Shown here piece by piece: positions 1 to 8,468 of a stretch of 42,634 nt of DNA; within the stretch, counting starts at the first letter, position 1; each line of letters opens with the position of its first letter. Source of the DNA: Candidatus Peribacteraceae bacterium (GTDB lineage: Bacteria > Patescibacteriota > Gracilibacteria > Peribacterales > Peribacteraceae); contig JAGORY010000002.1 of assembly GCA_018062585.1 (NCBI GenBank), positions 1 to 42,634 of the forward strand, given 5' to 3'. Both the position numbers and the translations under genes were made by a program. The notes below the pieces were generated by a model. It saw only the letters and a list, made by a program, of their open reading frames with translations, made no database searches and was not told the origin of the DNA.

Positions 1-62
1 GTCGGTGTGCTCCTTCAACGCCGCAAAAGCGACAGAAAATTGTTCTTGCAGACATAAACACG

Positions 63-1763
63 ATGGGAAGAGCAAGTAGAAGCCAAATTCTACCCTCTCA
101 ACCCACACACTTCTGGTCCATTACCAATTTTCGTATGAACGTTCATCCTAGGTCTCTCGCAGTACCGCTCTTCCTCGTATATGTCATAGGGGTGCTGGCT
201 CTTGCTGCACAGCCGCTTCGCACCATGATGCAACCGGGTTACCAAGGGATTCTCTATAAAGGAGGTGACGAGTCGCAGTACATCATGCGCATCGGTCAGG
301 CGATGCAGCATCCGTTTTCGGATGTCTCGAATGCTATTACAAGCGGAACGAAAGGTCTGCAGATGACATTCCTCGAGAGTACGATCGGCACGCTCCTGGG
401 TTGGACTGGGCTGTCGGCGCCGTTTCTTACCATTCTGCTTGCATGCCTCATCGCTCCGCTCATCATTCCTTTCTTTGCGTTGCTTGCTCTCCGTTTCGGA
501 GTTCCGCGTCGATGGGCGGTGGTGGGAGGAGCGCTCTGTTTCTTCCTACTTCTTGGCCCACTCCGGAGAGTTGTGCATCAGTCATGGAGTCTTCCACTGG
601 TGACACTGACGCTGCTGCTCATTGTCGATTGGTGGAAGAATCCCTCGCTCGCGCGTTCAGCCGGACTCGGCATCATCCTCGGCATCATGCCTGGCGTGTA
701 TTTTTGGGCGTGGACGTACACGTGGGCAGTCTTCGGATTCGTTGTCATTCTTATGTGTGCGGCAGACCTTCGCAGGCACAGACTTCGTTCGGTCATCGAT
801 CGGTTCACGCAGGGTGTCATTGCGGGAGTGACGGCGTTGGTCGTTGCATCACCCTTTCTCTTTCTCATGTGGGGCAACGCGCATCATCCCGATGGGGCTG
901 AAACCAGTATCCGCAGTTCGCTCATTCATGCCCGGGAATTGGAGTCTTTGCCGCGGAGTCTCCTGCTCACGTTCTTCGTACTGTTCTCCACACTCTCCAT
1001 CGGCTTTCAGCCAGACAGGCGCAGACTCTTGCCGCTCTTCGCGATGATTCTTGCGCTCTTTGCAGTGCTCCACCAACAGTTTGTCCATGGCCTCGTCCTC
1101 TCCTTCTGGACCCACTACTACCCGTATGTTTGCATTGTCTCTCTTCTATTCATCTTGGTATCGCTTGCTTCTTCGCACCGCACGGTCCTGACGGCTGTTG
1201 CGAGCATCCTCGCTGCGACTTTTCTCTTTGCCGCGTTCCAGGACTATCACGGTCGCTTTGCCATTTTCTCACCCATGCCTCGTCACGAAAAATATCAGCA
1301 CATTGCGTCCGCACTGAGAGCGCTCAATCTGACGCAGGAGACACAGGTTGTTCTTTCGGATCTCGATGTGTCGCTCATCGTCGGGACATACACACATCAT
1401 GATCTTCTCTACACCGAATACTTGCGTCATGTCCTCATGTCATCCCCAGAACTCGCACGGCGGTACTGTCTCACACAGCACGTGACGGGCAGACCTGCGG
1501 ATACCGATTGGCTTGCCTACAATGTACAGGAACTCAGCGCCGCAGGTGTTCCGGCAACGCTAGCGAAAGTGGAGAGGGACAGAGAGATGACGAAGAAAGA
1601 ATGTGCTGATGTGTATGCGCATCCGAAAGACGTGCTCACGGAGTACGGTGTCACCCTTCTTCTGTGGGATGAAAAAAATTATCCGGACTGGAAGATACCG
1701 GCGTCACTGTTCACGGTTTCGGAAAAAGGCGCAGGGTGGAGTATCTGGAAGGTGAGACGATGA
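63..1763 (+). CDS. Polytopic integral membrane protein, function unknown (possibly glycan-assembly related)
   Basis: 566-aa ORF with many hydrophobic helices over the first ~400 aa, then a soluble C-terminal domain. ATG at 135 (MNVHPRS...) is an equally plausible start. No catalytic motif recognised. Heads a cluster of carbohydrate-modifying genes. Confidence 0.6.
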   Translation: MGRASRSQILPSQPTHFWSITNFRMNVHPRSLAVPLFLVYVIGVLALAAQPLRTMMQPGYQGILYKGGDESQYIMRIGQAMQHPFSDVSNAITSGTKGLQMTFLESTIGTLLGWTGLSAPFLTILLACLIAPLIIPFFALLALRFGVPRRWAVVGGALCFFLLLGPLRRVVHQSWSLPLVTLTLLLIVDWWKNPSLARSAGLGIILGIMPGVYFWAWTYTWAVFGFVVILMCAADLRRHRLRSVIDRFTQGVIAGVTALVVASPFLFLMWGNAHHPDGAETSIRSSLIHARELESLPRSLLLTFFVLFSTLSIGFQPDRRRLLPLFAMILALFAVLHQQFVHGLVLSFWTHYYPYVCIVSLLFILVSLASSHRTVLTAVASILAATFLFAAFQDYHGRFAIFSPMPRHEKYQHIASALRALNLTQETQVVLSDLDVSLIVGTYTHHDLLYTEYLRHVLMSSPELARRYCLTQHVTGRPADTDWLAYNVQELSAAGVPATLAKVERDREMTKKECADVYAHPKDVLTEYGVTLLLWDEKNYPDWKIPASLFTVSEKGAGWSIWKVRR

Positions 1764-1765
1764 TG

Positions 1766-1842
1766 TGGTGGACGATCTCGGGATCGAACCGAGGACCTTG
1801 CGAATGTGAATCGCACGCTCTAACCAGCTGAGCTAATCGTCC
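1766..1842 (-). tRNA. tRNA-Val (anticodon CAC)
   Basis: Reverse complement GGACGATTAGCTCAGCTGGTTAGAGCGTGCGATTCACATTCGCAAGGTCCTCGGTTCGATCCCGAGATCGTCCACCA folds as a cloverleaf. Acceptor GGACGAT/ATCGTCC, anticodon stem TGCGA/TCGCA, loop TTCACAT, T-loop TTCGATC, encoded CCA. Confidence 0.93.
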
Positions 1843-1883
1843 GAAGTCGTGAAGGCCGTACAAAGCCGCACCACGATACGGCG

Positions 1884-2711
1884 ATGGCGCAATTCGGGCA
1901 AGGGACTGGGCATGATAGACTGCAGTTCATGCGTAGATCAGTGTTACTCGTAACGTTTTTATCGCTCGTGATGGTCGTGTCCGTGGCCGGTCTCGCGACT
2001 GCCGATTCGTGCGAGGCGGCTTCATCAGCGGCGTCCGTTGCATCGGTCAAAAAGATCCCGATTCTCGTCTACCACCACATACGCGTCACGAAGCCGTATC
2101 ACCCCAGTACCTGGAGCTACAAGATGTCGGTATCCCCGGATGTCTTCGGAAAACAGATGCAGTGGATCGTGGACCATGGCTACACCACGGTCACGCTTGA
2201 TATGTACGTCGCGATCATGAAAGGGGAGATCCAGGGGCCAGTGAAGCCCGTGGTCATCACGTTCGATGATAATAATCGTACGCAGCTCACACACGCTCTA
2301 CCGATTCTCCGCGAGAAAGGACTCATCGGCGTTTTCTATCTGACGACGAATCGTCTCCAGAACAAGAGTTTCATACTCGCATCAGAGGTGAAGCAGATGT
2401 CGGAGTGGGGCATGGATATTCAGTCGCACACGATCGATCACGCTACGATGACGTATCTCACGCTGAAGCGACTTGATCAGCAGCTCACCGAAAGCAAGGC
2501 CGTGCTTGAAGCGATCACCGGTAAGCCCGTCCGGCATATCGCATATCCTTCTACCGCTTCCAATAAAACCGTCCGCGAACGCGCTGCCAAAGCGGGCTAC
2601 ACGACCGGTTCCATCATGGATCCGCGTCCGGCAAGCGTGAAGGACGATTTTTTCAGACTGCCGCGCATCATGATGATCGACACGACGAATCTCACAAAAG
2701 TCCTTCCGTAA
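1884..2711 (+). CDS. Polysaccharide deacetylase (NodB/CE4 family), secreted or membrane-anchored
   Basis: NodB-type motifs VVITFDDN and QSHTIDH. N-terminal hydrophobic signal/anchor (MRRSVLLVTFLSLVMVV; ATG at 1929 is the likelier start). Confidence 0.85.
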   Translation: MAQFGQGTGHDRLQFMRRSVLLVTFLSLVMVVSVAGLATADSCEAASSAASVASVKKIPILVYHHIRVTKPYHPSTWSYKMSVSPDVFGKQMQWIVDHGYTTVTLDMYVAIMKGEIQGPVKPVVITFDDNNRTQLTHALPILREKGLIGVFYLTTNRLQNKSFILASEVKQMSEWGMDIQSHTIDHATMTYLTLKRLDQQLTESKAVLEAITGKPVRHIAYPSTASNKTVRERAAKAGYTTGSIMDPRPASVKDDFFRLPRIMMIDTTNLTKVLP

Positions 2712-2726
2712 GGAGCGGGCTAAGCT

Positions 2727-3578
2727 GTGGTAATGTCCGTGCACATGCGGCTTCCTGCTCTCCTTCGGCGCACACTTTCCTCCGGCGGACCTTTATCACT
2801 TCCAGAGCGTTACCGGTGGCTTCGGACTTTTCATGCATGGAAAAAAACCGCATTTACTGAAGTTTTGCCGTCCTCAGAGAAGCCGGATACGGTGGCTATC
2901 TTGCTCTCCTACAATAGACCGCAGAACATTGATGTCATCGTGCGACTTTTACTCAGAACCCCATCGATTGCAAAGGTTATCGTCTCAAACAACAATCCTC
3001 GGTATCGGATGAGCGATTGGTTGAGTGTCCGTGACACGCGTCTCACGGTTATCGAACAGTGCACCCGCCAGCCATGTCACCTGCGTTACGGAATCGCTGC
3101 CCGAGAAAAAGAGTTTCATCAATTTCTTGCTGTGGACGATGATCTTTTCCTCCGCCCGTCGCAAATGGAGCAACTGTGCAGCGCACTTCGTTCGGATCCT
3201 GCGCGACCTCACGGAATCACGGGCATGGTGTATGACTCATGGCGCGGGATGATGTACCACAATATGAACAAGCAGACGCAGGCGGTGGATGTCTTGAACC
3301 GCGTCTACGCTTTCACGTCGGCTCATATCGAGGGCTACCGACAGCTGCTCCGTGAAGCGGGGTTCAATCCCGCACACACGGCATGGAAATATTCGTATTG
3401 GGACGATCTTTTCCTGAGTTTTTCCGGCGAGAAACCGCAGGTATGCTTTGTCGGGAGCTACTTGGATTGTCCGACTCAAGGCAAGCAGGGGATCGGAGTC
3501 TGGATGGAGCCGAGTTTCTTCCGGTATCGCATACCCATTCTTCTCATGCTGCGGCGTCTGAGACCGAATCAGGCGTGA
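2727..3578 (+). CDS. Glycosyltransferase-like protein (GT-A fold)
   Basis: 283-aa ORF with a Rossmann-like start VAILLSYNRPQNIDVIV and an acidic DXD-like motif FLAVDDDLF. GTG start at 2727. Family assignment not certain. Confidence 0.55.
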   Translation: MVMSVHMRLPALLRRTLSSGGPLSLPERYRWLRTFHAWKKTAFTEVLPSSEKPDTVAILLSYNRPQNIDVIVRLLLRTPSIAKVIVSNNNPRYRMSDWLSVRDTRLTVIEQCTRQPCHLRYGIAAREKEFHQFLAVDDDLFLRPSQMEQLCSALRSDPARPHGITGMVYDSWRGMMYHNMNKQTQAVDVLNRVYAFTSAHIEGYRQLLREAGFNPAHTAWKYSYWDDLFLSFSGEKPQVCFVGSYLDCPTQGKQGIGVWMEPSFFRYRIPILLMLRRLRPNQA

Positions 3579-4547
3579 TCTTTTTTTTCTTGAGCTCCGC
3601 GTACATCTGTGCGATCTCTTCCGCGGATTCCAGAAGTACGTGCATCGGTTCCGTCTCCTTGACTGGGTAGCGCACGTCAAAATTGCACGGCACCGGATCG
3701 ACAACGAGCGTTGCATCGGTATCGCTGGATTTTTCCTGCGCGTCGTAGAGCTTGAGCGGCCCGCCGGTGAATGACTCGGGCAGGGTTTTCCATTGTTTTT
3801 CCGTCGCATAGTCCATGGCCAATTGCGTGAGCTCCTGGGCAAGAAGGGGGCGCTCCTCCTTCAGTCGCTCGAAAGCGGCTTTCCACTGGAAGTGTTACCC
3901 TGTCGCCGTTCGACATCGACGCAACGCGAGAGCCAGCCGCCATAGACTTTACGCATGATTTGTTTCGCTGACCGAACCGGGAAATGAGCGATCGCAAGCT
4001 CGGTGTCGGTATGCGGCAACGGGCGTCCGGACGTATCTAGCAAGACGTGGTTGCCATGTCGCAATCCGACTGCCGTCGTTGCCGTGCGGGGGGCGAGAAT
4101 TTTGTAGCGCTGCGGCAATTCGATGCTTCGCCGATGCGTGATCCGCTTCAGCACATTTCGATGTGAGGCGTCATCTTTGTCCGTCGGAACGTATCCTTTC
4201 CATGCGAGGCGTATCGCGCGCGGATCATCTCCGTAGGAGCTCAGTACGGACACCGCGTCTCCGGTGAGAAATTCATCGGCATCGAGGGGAACGACGAAAT
4301 CCACTCCTTCCGCGAACGCCTTCCGCATCATCTCGCTCATAACTTTCGCCTGTTCGTGTGCCAGCCGTTCATCCGTCCGCCAGACGACGGGAAGTCCTGC
4401 CTTCTTTAACGCTTCCAGAATCTCTTCTGAGTTGTCATGGCATCGATGCAGTACGATTTCCAGTGTGGAAAAAGCGGCATGATGACGGATGAAGGATTCC
4501 AGAATATCGGCTTCGTTTCGCGCCCAAGAGATCGTGCGGATCTTCAT
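3544..4547 (-). pseudogene. GT2-like glycosyltransferase (Glyco_tranf_2_4-like) interrupted by a -1 frameshift
   Basis: ORF 3861..4547 (MKIRTISWARNEADILESFIRHH...LDADEF...HFPVRS) stops at 3861. A second frame is open from 3894 down to 3544 and reads FQWKAAFERLKEERPLLAQELTQLAMDYATEKQW..., which looks like the natural continuation of this enzyme family. Confidence 0.55.
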
Positions 4548-5194
4548 GTGTCGGGGCCTGAAAGCAAACGAACGGTATCACGGATGTTCTTCGTTTTTCG
4601 CAGCATGACTTGGTCACTATGCTCCATCAGAACGAATTCGCCATCGAAACAATACATGAATGCATCAATCGCTGGGCGAGGTGACTTGAGAATATCCTCA
4701 GGAAACAGATTCCATCGGACATCGTCAAAAATCATGATGCCGTTGATTTTCAGGAGGTTCCAGCTCAGGACGGCATCCGTGAGCACGTTGCGTGCGGTGT
4801 GCGATCCGTCGATGTAGACGATGTCGAATGAATCAAGCGGTAGGGTGTACAGTATCTCAGCCGATCTGCCCTTCAACTTCGTTACCCGTTTCTCGGCTCC
4901 TGTGGCTTGAATGTTAGCGTCGAAAGTTCCTTCAATATCCGCGTCGTAGGGAATAGCAATCTTCCTGCGCTCGAAGTTTTTTCGGAACTCGTCGGTCATC
5001 TCGAAAGTGTCGACGCACGTAAGGCGAGAGTCTGAAGCCGTCAGGATATTATCGAGAAGCCAGACCGCGCTCCTGCCTTCGTAACTGCCGATTTCCAGCG
5101 CATTCACATTCTGTTTGCCGGCAAGTCCTATCAGCTTTTCTTGCCACAATGGAATATGCTTGGAAAACCAGTCGCTGGTGAACGTGTACTGCAT
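4544..5194 (-). CDS. Class I SAM-dependent methyltransferase
   Basis: Motif I-like ALEIGSYEGRSAVWLL and a downstream acidic/aromatic motif IVYIDGSH. Its stop overlaps the start of the downstream glycosyltransferase by 4 nt (ATGA). Confidence 0.75.
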   Translation of the reverse strand: MQYTFTSDWFSKHIPLWQEKLIGLAGKQNVNALEIGSYEGRSAVWLLDNILTASDSRLTCVDTFEMTDEFRKNFERRKIAIPYDADIEGTFDANIQATGAEKRVTKLKGRSAEILYTLPLDSFDIVYIDGSHTARNVLTDAVLSWNLLKINGIMIFDDVRWNLFPEDILKSPRPAIDAFMYCFDGEFVLMEHSDQVMLRKTKNIRDTVRLLSGPDT

Positions 5195-5338
5195 GATTCG
5201 ATACTAGCAAGGTTTGAGGTTCGTCGCCAAAGTCGAACGACCGTCGTTTCTCTGACCAGCAGACCGCTCGAAACTGTCATCAGACCTTCTGGGACCGAAT
5301 TATCGTTATCAAGTAGTGTTCTTAAAATTAACAACAGT

Positions 5339-6175
5339 TCAAAAAAGGTCGTCCCACGAACATAATGTGATCTCTCGTTCTGCTAATTCCTTGAGGACAT
5401 CGGTATCAAGGAGAACGTTCATCTCAGTCTGACGCTGAGGGTCGGCGTCGAACGGTTCACCGTGCGGATGTGGACTTCCCGGATGCATCATGAGCTCGGT
5501 CGTTCCTTCTGGAAGGCGTCCGATGATGTGCCGAAAGTTCCGTTTTGATGCGTGGCCTGCAAAAGCGAGACCCCTGAAGTGATCCGTACTCCCGATGCCG
5601 TTGGCTGTATACAATTTTCGTGCGTTTTCCGCGTGCTCGGACAGCTTCTTGATGAAAGCGGACTGTGCCGGTGAGATTTCGTAGCCGAACGGGAATGGGG
5701 GTTCGCTCGGAATCCGGACAAAGGGGATCGCGTACCGATCAAGTACCGTGATGACGATGGGCGCGATACTCGGATGGATGTGGATATGATGGTGACTGTC
5801 GACATGCGTCGGTTGTCCGCAGTTACTCAGAAACCATTCTACCTGCGTCCTCAGTTCACGCTCGATGTGAAGTGGATCAACCTGCTTTTCCATGAGCACT
5901 CGTTCCAGTGTGTCGCGGCCGAGGAAGTATCCGTCGATGGTGATGAGGGACTCGATGTCTGAGTTCCTGCTCATCGGTGAACCGGTCGTGAGATTCAGAT
6001 GCAAGCCTGATGACACATCACGTTCCTTGGCGAGACGTGCTGCTTTAGAGCTACCTGGGTAATTGGGGATGATGCTCGCGGACGTGAGGATGCCCTGCTC
6101 GCGGCACATAACGATACCGTGACTGCGTTGTTCGTTGATCCCGAAGTCGTCGGCGTTCAGAATAAGTCGTCGCAT
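5339..6175 (-). CDS. ChbG/HpnK (YdjC) family carbohydrate deacetylase
   Basis: N-terminal LILNADDFG motif and metal-binding HVDSHHHIH motif typical of the YdjC family. Confidence 0.85.
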   Translation of the reverse strand: MRRLILNADDFGINEQRSHGIVMCREQGILTSASIIPNYPGSSKAARLAKERDVSSGLHLNLTTGSPMSRNSDIESLITIDGYFLGRDTLERVLMEKQVDPLHIERELRTQVEWFLSNCGQPTHVDSHHHIHIHPSIAPIVITVLDRYAIPFVRIPSEPPFPFGYEISPAQSAFIKKLSEHAENARKLYTANGIGSTDHFRGLAFAGHASKRNFRHIIGRLPEGTTELMMHPGSPHPHGEPFDADPQRQTEMNVLLDTDVLKELAEREITLCSWDDLF

Positions 6176-6242
6176 GGACGAATGGTACAGGGGTGGATGC
6201 GAAACGGCACTGAGACGGTCGAATCTGCGCTACACTCCTCCT

Positions 6243-6902
6243 ATGCCGATCGACAAAGGACGCATCCTCTATGAAGACCAATGGCTTCTCGCCGTGACAA
6301 AACTGGGTGGTGAGCTCGTGGTGAAGGGCAAGGGCAAAATCCAGAAGCTGCCGCTGCTCGATTTTCTGCGCAAAGACTATCCCAGCTTGGCACCTATTCA
6401 CCGACTCGACTTCGAGACATCCGGCGTCGTCGTCTTTGCCAAGTCAAAGAAGGTCCTGCAGACCGTTCTCGAGTCAAAATTCATCGGCTGGAATAAAACG
6501 TACATCGCCATTGTCGCTGGGTCGCCGAATCGCGATGTCGGAGAGGTCGATATTCCGCTTCCTGCCCGCAGCGGGACGGGTAACGTTCAGGCTCTCACGA
6601 AGTATCGCGTTCTTGAGCGCTTTCGCGGCTGCAGTCTTGTCGAAGTCAGCTTCGAGCGTGGCCAAAAACACCAAATCCGCCGGCACATGTCGATGATGGG
6701 CAGCCCGCTGATCTTGGATGATGTGTACGGCGACGATAAACCGAACAAGACCTTCGGAAGATTCCTCAAGATGCGCCGATTTTTCCTCCACGCCTCCAAG
6801 GTCACGTTCCCGCATCCGGTGACCGGAAAGGAAACGACGATCGAATCTCCGACACCGCATGCATTCGTCGCAGTCGTGAAGAAGCTCAAGATGAATCGGT
6901 AG
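6243..6902 (+). CDS. RluA-family pseudouridine synthase
   Basis: Catalytic-Asp motif HRLDFETSGVVVFAKS and HQIRRH motif. ATG at 6243 chosen because the longer ORF (6135) overlaps the divergent YdjC gene. Confidence 0.85.
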   Translation: MPIDKGRILYEDQWLLAVTKLGGELVVKGKGKIQKLPLLDFLRKDYPSLAPIHRLDFETSGVVVFAKSKKVLQTVLESKFIGWNKTYIAIVAGSPNRDVGEVDIPLPARSGTGNVQALTKYRVLERFRGCSLVEVSFERGQKHQIRRHMSMMGSPLILDDVYGDDKPNKTFGRFLKMRRFFLHASKVTFPHPVTGKETTIESPTPHAFVAVVKKLKMNR

Positions 6903-6938
6903 AGTCGCACTTTCCCGAAATGGTGCTATCATTTTTCC

Positions 6939-7904
6939 ATGCGCATCCTTTCCGGTATCCAACCTTCGGGCCAGTTGCACCTCGGTAACTACTTCGGTTC
7001 CATGCGACCGAACTTGGAGCATGTGGGGAAAGGCGACATGAGCCTCTACATGATCGTAGACCTCCATGCGCTCACAACAGTCCAGAATCCGGAGGAGCTC
7101 AGGACATTTAGAAACGATGCCATTCTCGATCTTCTTGCCTGCGGGTTTGATCCCGACAAGGCGGTTCTTTTCTTTCAGTCACACGTCGCAGAACACAGCG
7201 AACTCAGTTGGATTCTTTCGACCGTCACGCCGATGGGCTTACTCGAGCGTGCGGTGAGCTTCAAGGACAAGGTGCAGAAGGGGATTGCGGCTTCCGTCGG
7301 ACTTTTCACATATCCAGTGCTCATGGCCGCGGACATCCTGCTCTACGACGCGACGACGGTACCGGTTGGCAAAGATCAGAAGCAACACGTCGAGATGGCT
7401 CGTGACATTGCGATGAAGTTCAATCACGCATTCGGCGAAACATTCGTCATCCCCGAACCGAAGATTCGCGAGGAAGTAGCGGTGGTGCCTGGCACGGATG
7501 GTCAGAAGATGAGCAAGAGTTACGGCAACACGATTCCGCTCTTCGGTTCCGAGAAGGCTATCCAGAAAGCGATCATGGGTATCGTGACTGATTCCAAGGG
7601 TGTTGCTGACCCTAAGGCCCCCGACACATGTCCGGTGTATCAGATTCATCGATCCTTCCTCACGCAAGCCGATGCCGAGACGCTTGCTGCGAAATACAAA
7701 GCCGGAGGACTGGGATACGGCGATGCCAAGAAGCTCCTCTTCACTGCTTACATGGATGCCTTCGGACCGATGCGGGCGAAACGCGAGGAACTGATGAAGA
7801 AGCCGGACTATGTGGAGAGTGTAGTCCGAGATGGTGCTGCCAAAGCCCGTAAAGTCGCCTCGGCGACCATGGATCGCGTCCGGAAAGCCGTAGGATTGGT
7901 GTGA
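6939..7904 (+). CDS. trpS: Tryptophan--tRNA ligase
   Basis: Class I signature GIQPSGQLHLGNYFG (HIGH-type) and KMSKS. Length 321 aa, typical of TrpRS. Confidence 0.95.
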   Translation: MRILSGIQPSGQLHLGNYFGSMRPNLEHVGKGDMSLYMIVDLHALTTVQNPEELRTFRNDAILDLLACGFDPDKAVLFFQSHVAEHSELSWILSTVTPMGLLERAVSFKDKVQKGIAASVGLFTYPVLMAADILLYDATTVPVGKDQKQHVEMARDIAMKFNHAFGETFVIPEPKIREEVAVVPGTDGQKMSKSYGNTIPLFGSEKAIQKAIMGIVTDSKGVADPKAPDTCPVYQIHRSFLTQADAETLAAKYKAGGLGYGDAKKLLFTAYMDAFGPMRAKREELMKKPDYVESVVRDGAAKARKVASATMDRVRKAVGLV

Positions 7905-7905
7905 T

Positions 7906-7934
7906 TTGCATAATAGTAAAAAATATTGTATAAT
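7906..7934 (+). promoter_or_regulatory. Sigma-70-like promoter (TTGCAT - 17 nt - TATAAT)
   Basis: -35 TTGCAT at 7906-7911, 17-nt AT-rich spacer, consensus -10 TATAAT at 7929-7934. Lies about 40 nt upstream of the ATG at 7974. Confidence 0.45.
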
Positions 7935-7973
7935 ATACGTAATCAATACTCACATCCATTTCACACTCCACGT

Positions 7974-8438
7974 ATGAAAAATCAATCGCAGCATTCGATG
8001 TTCGCACTCATGCTCGTCTCCATCGCCGTACCAACGGTGGTCCTTGGCGTCGTTGCGGTGTCCGCCGCTTCGGACATCTCGCCGGTAACGAAGAGCACGA
8101 ATCATGAGCTCTTCGAACTCAGGTCTTTCCGTTTGCAACAAAGACTCCGAACGCAGGATTCTGTCGTGCCTGCATCATCCGCAGAGCCTGCTCGTCGGGC
8201 CGCTCCCACGGTGCCGTGCGCATCGGATACGGAAGTAACGGAAACGGAGGAGGCTTCGGAGAGCCCGCTCATCTTTGAGGACCTCTCAATGACGCAGCGT
8301 GAAATATTGAGGAAGCAGCTTCGCATCGGCGGCTGTCCACAGGATGTGCTTCCTGGGTACAGGCAACTCTGCGAAAGCTTACTGAAGCAGCAGCAAACTC
8401 TTGAAGCCAAAACCGGACTCACGAATCCGCATCAGTAA
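7974..8438 (+). CDS. Hypothetical secreted/membrane-anchored protein
   Basis: ATG at 7974 gives MKNQSQHSMFALMLVSIAVPTVVLGVVAVSA (signal/anchor) followed by a low-complexity soluble region. No family recognised. Confidence 0.5.
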   Translation: MKNQSQHSMFALMLVSIAVPTVVLGVVAVSAASDISPVTKSTNHELFELRSFRLQQRLRTQDSVVPASSAEPARRAAPTVPCASDTEVTETEEASESPLIFEDLSMTQREILRKQLRIGGCPQDVLPGYRQLCESLLKQQQTLEAKTGLTNPHQ

Positions 8439-8468
8439 AAAGTTTGAGAGGTAAGCTCAGGTCGTCCT

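Noticed and set aside
1-55. Possible start of a minus-strand gene leaving the window (MSARTIFCRFCGVEGAHR...)
   Set aside because: Only 18 codons are visible, too short to support a call. A CxxC hints at a zinc-ribbon protein, but that is speculation.
3237-3842. 201-aa minus-strand ORF overlapping the glycosyltransferase 2727..3578
   Set aside because: Very Arg/Ser/Pro-rich with no motifs. It overlaps both the plus-strand GT gene and the better-supported frame C continuation of the frameshifted GT.
6474-7946. Minus-strand ORFs of 197 and 235 aa antisense to the rluA-like gene and trpS
   Set aside because: The sense genes carry catalytic motifs (HRLD...SG; HLGN/KMSKS). The antisense ORFs show no family features.
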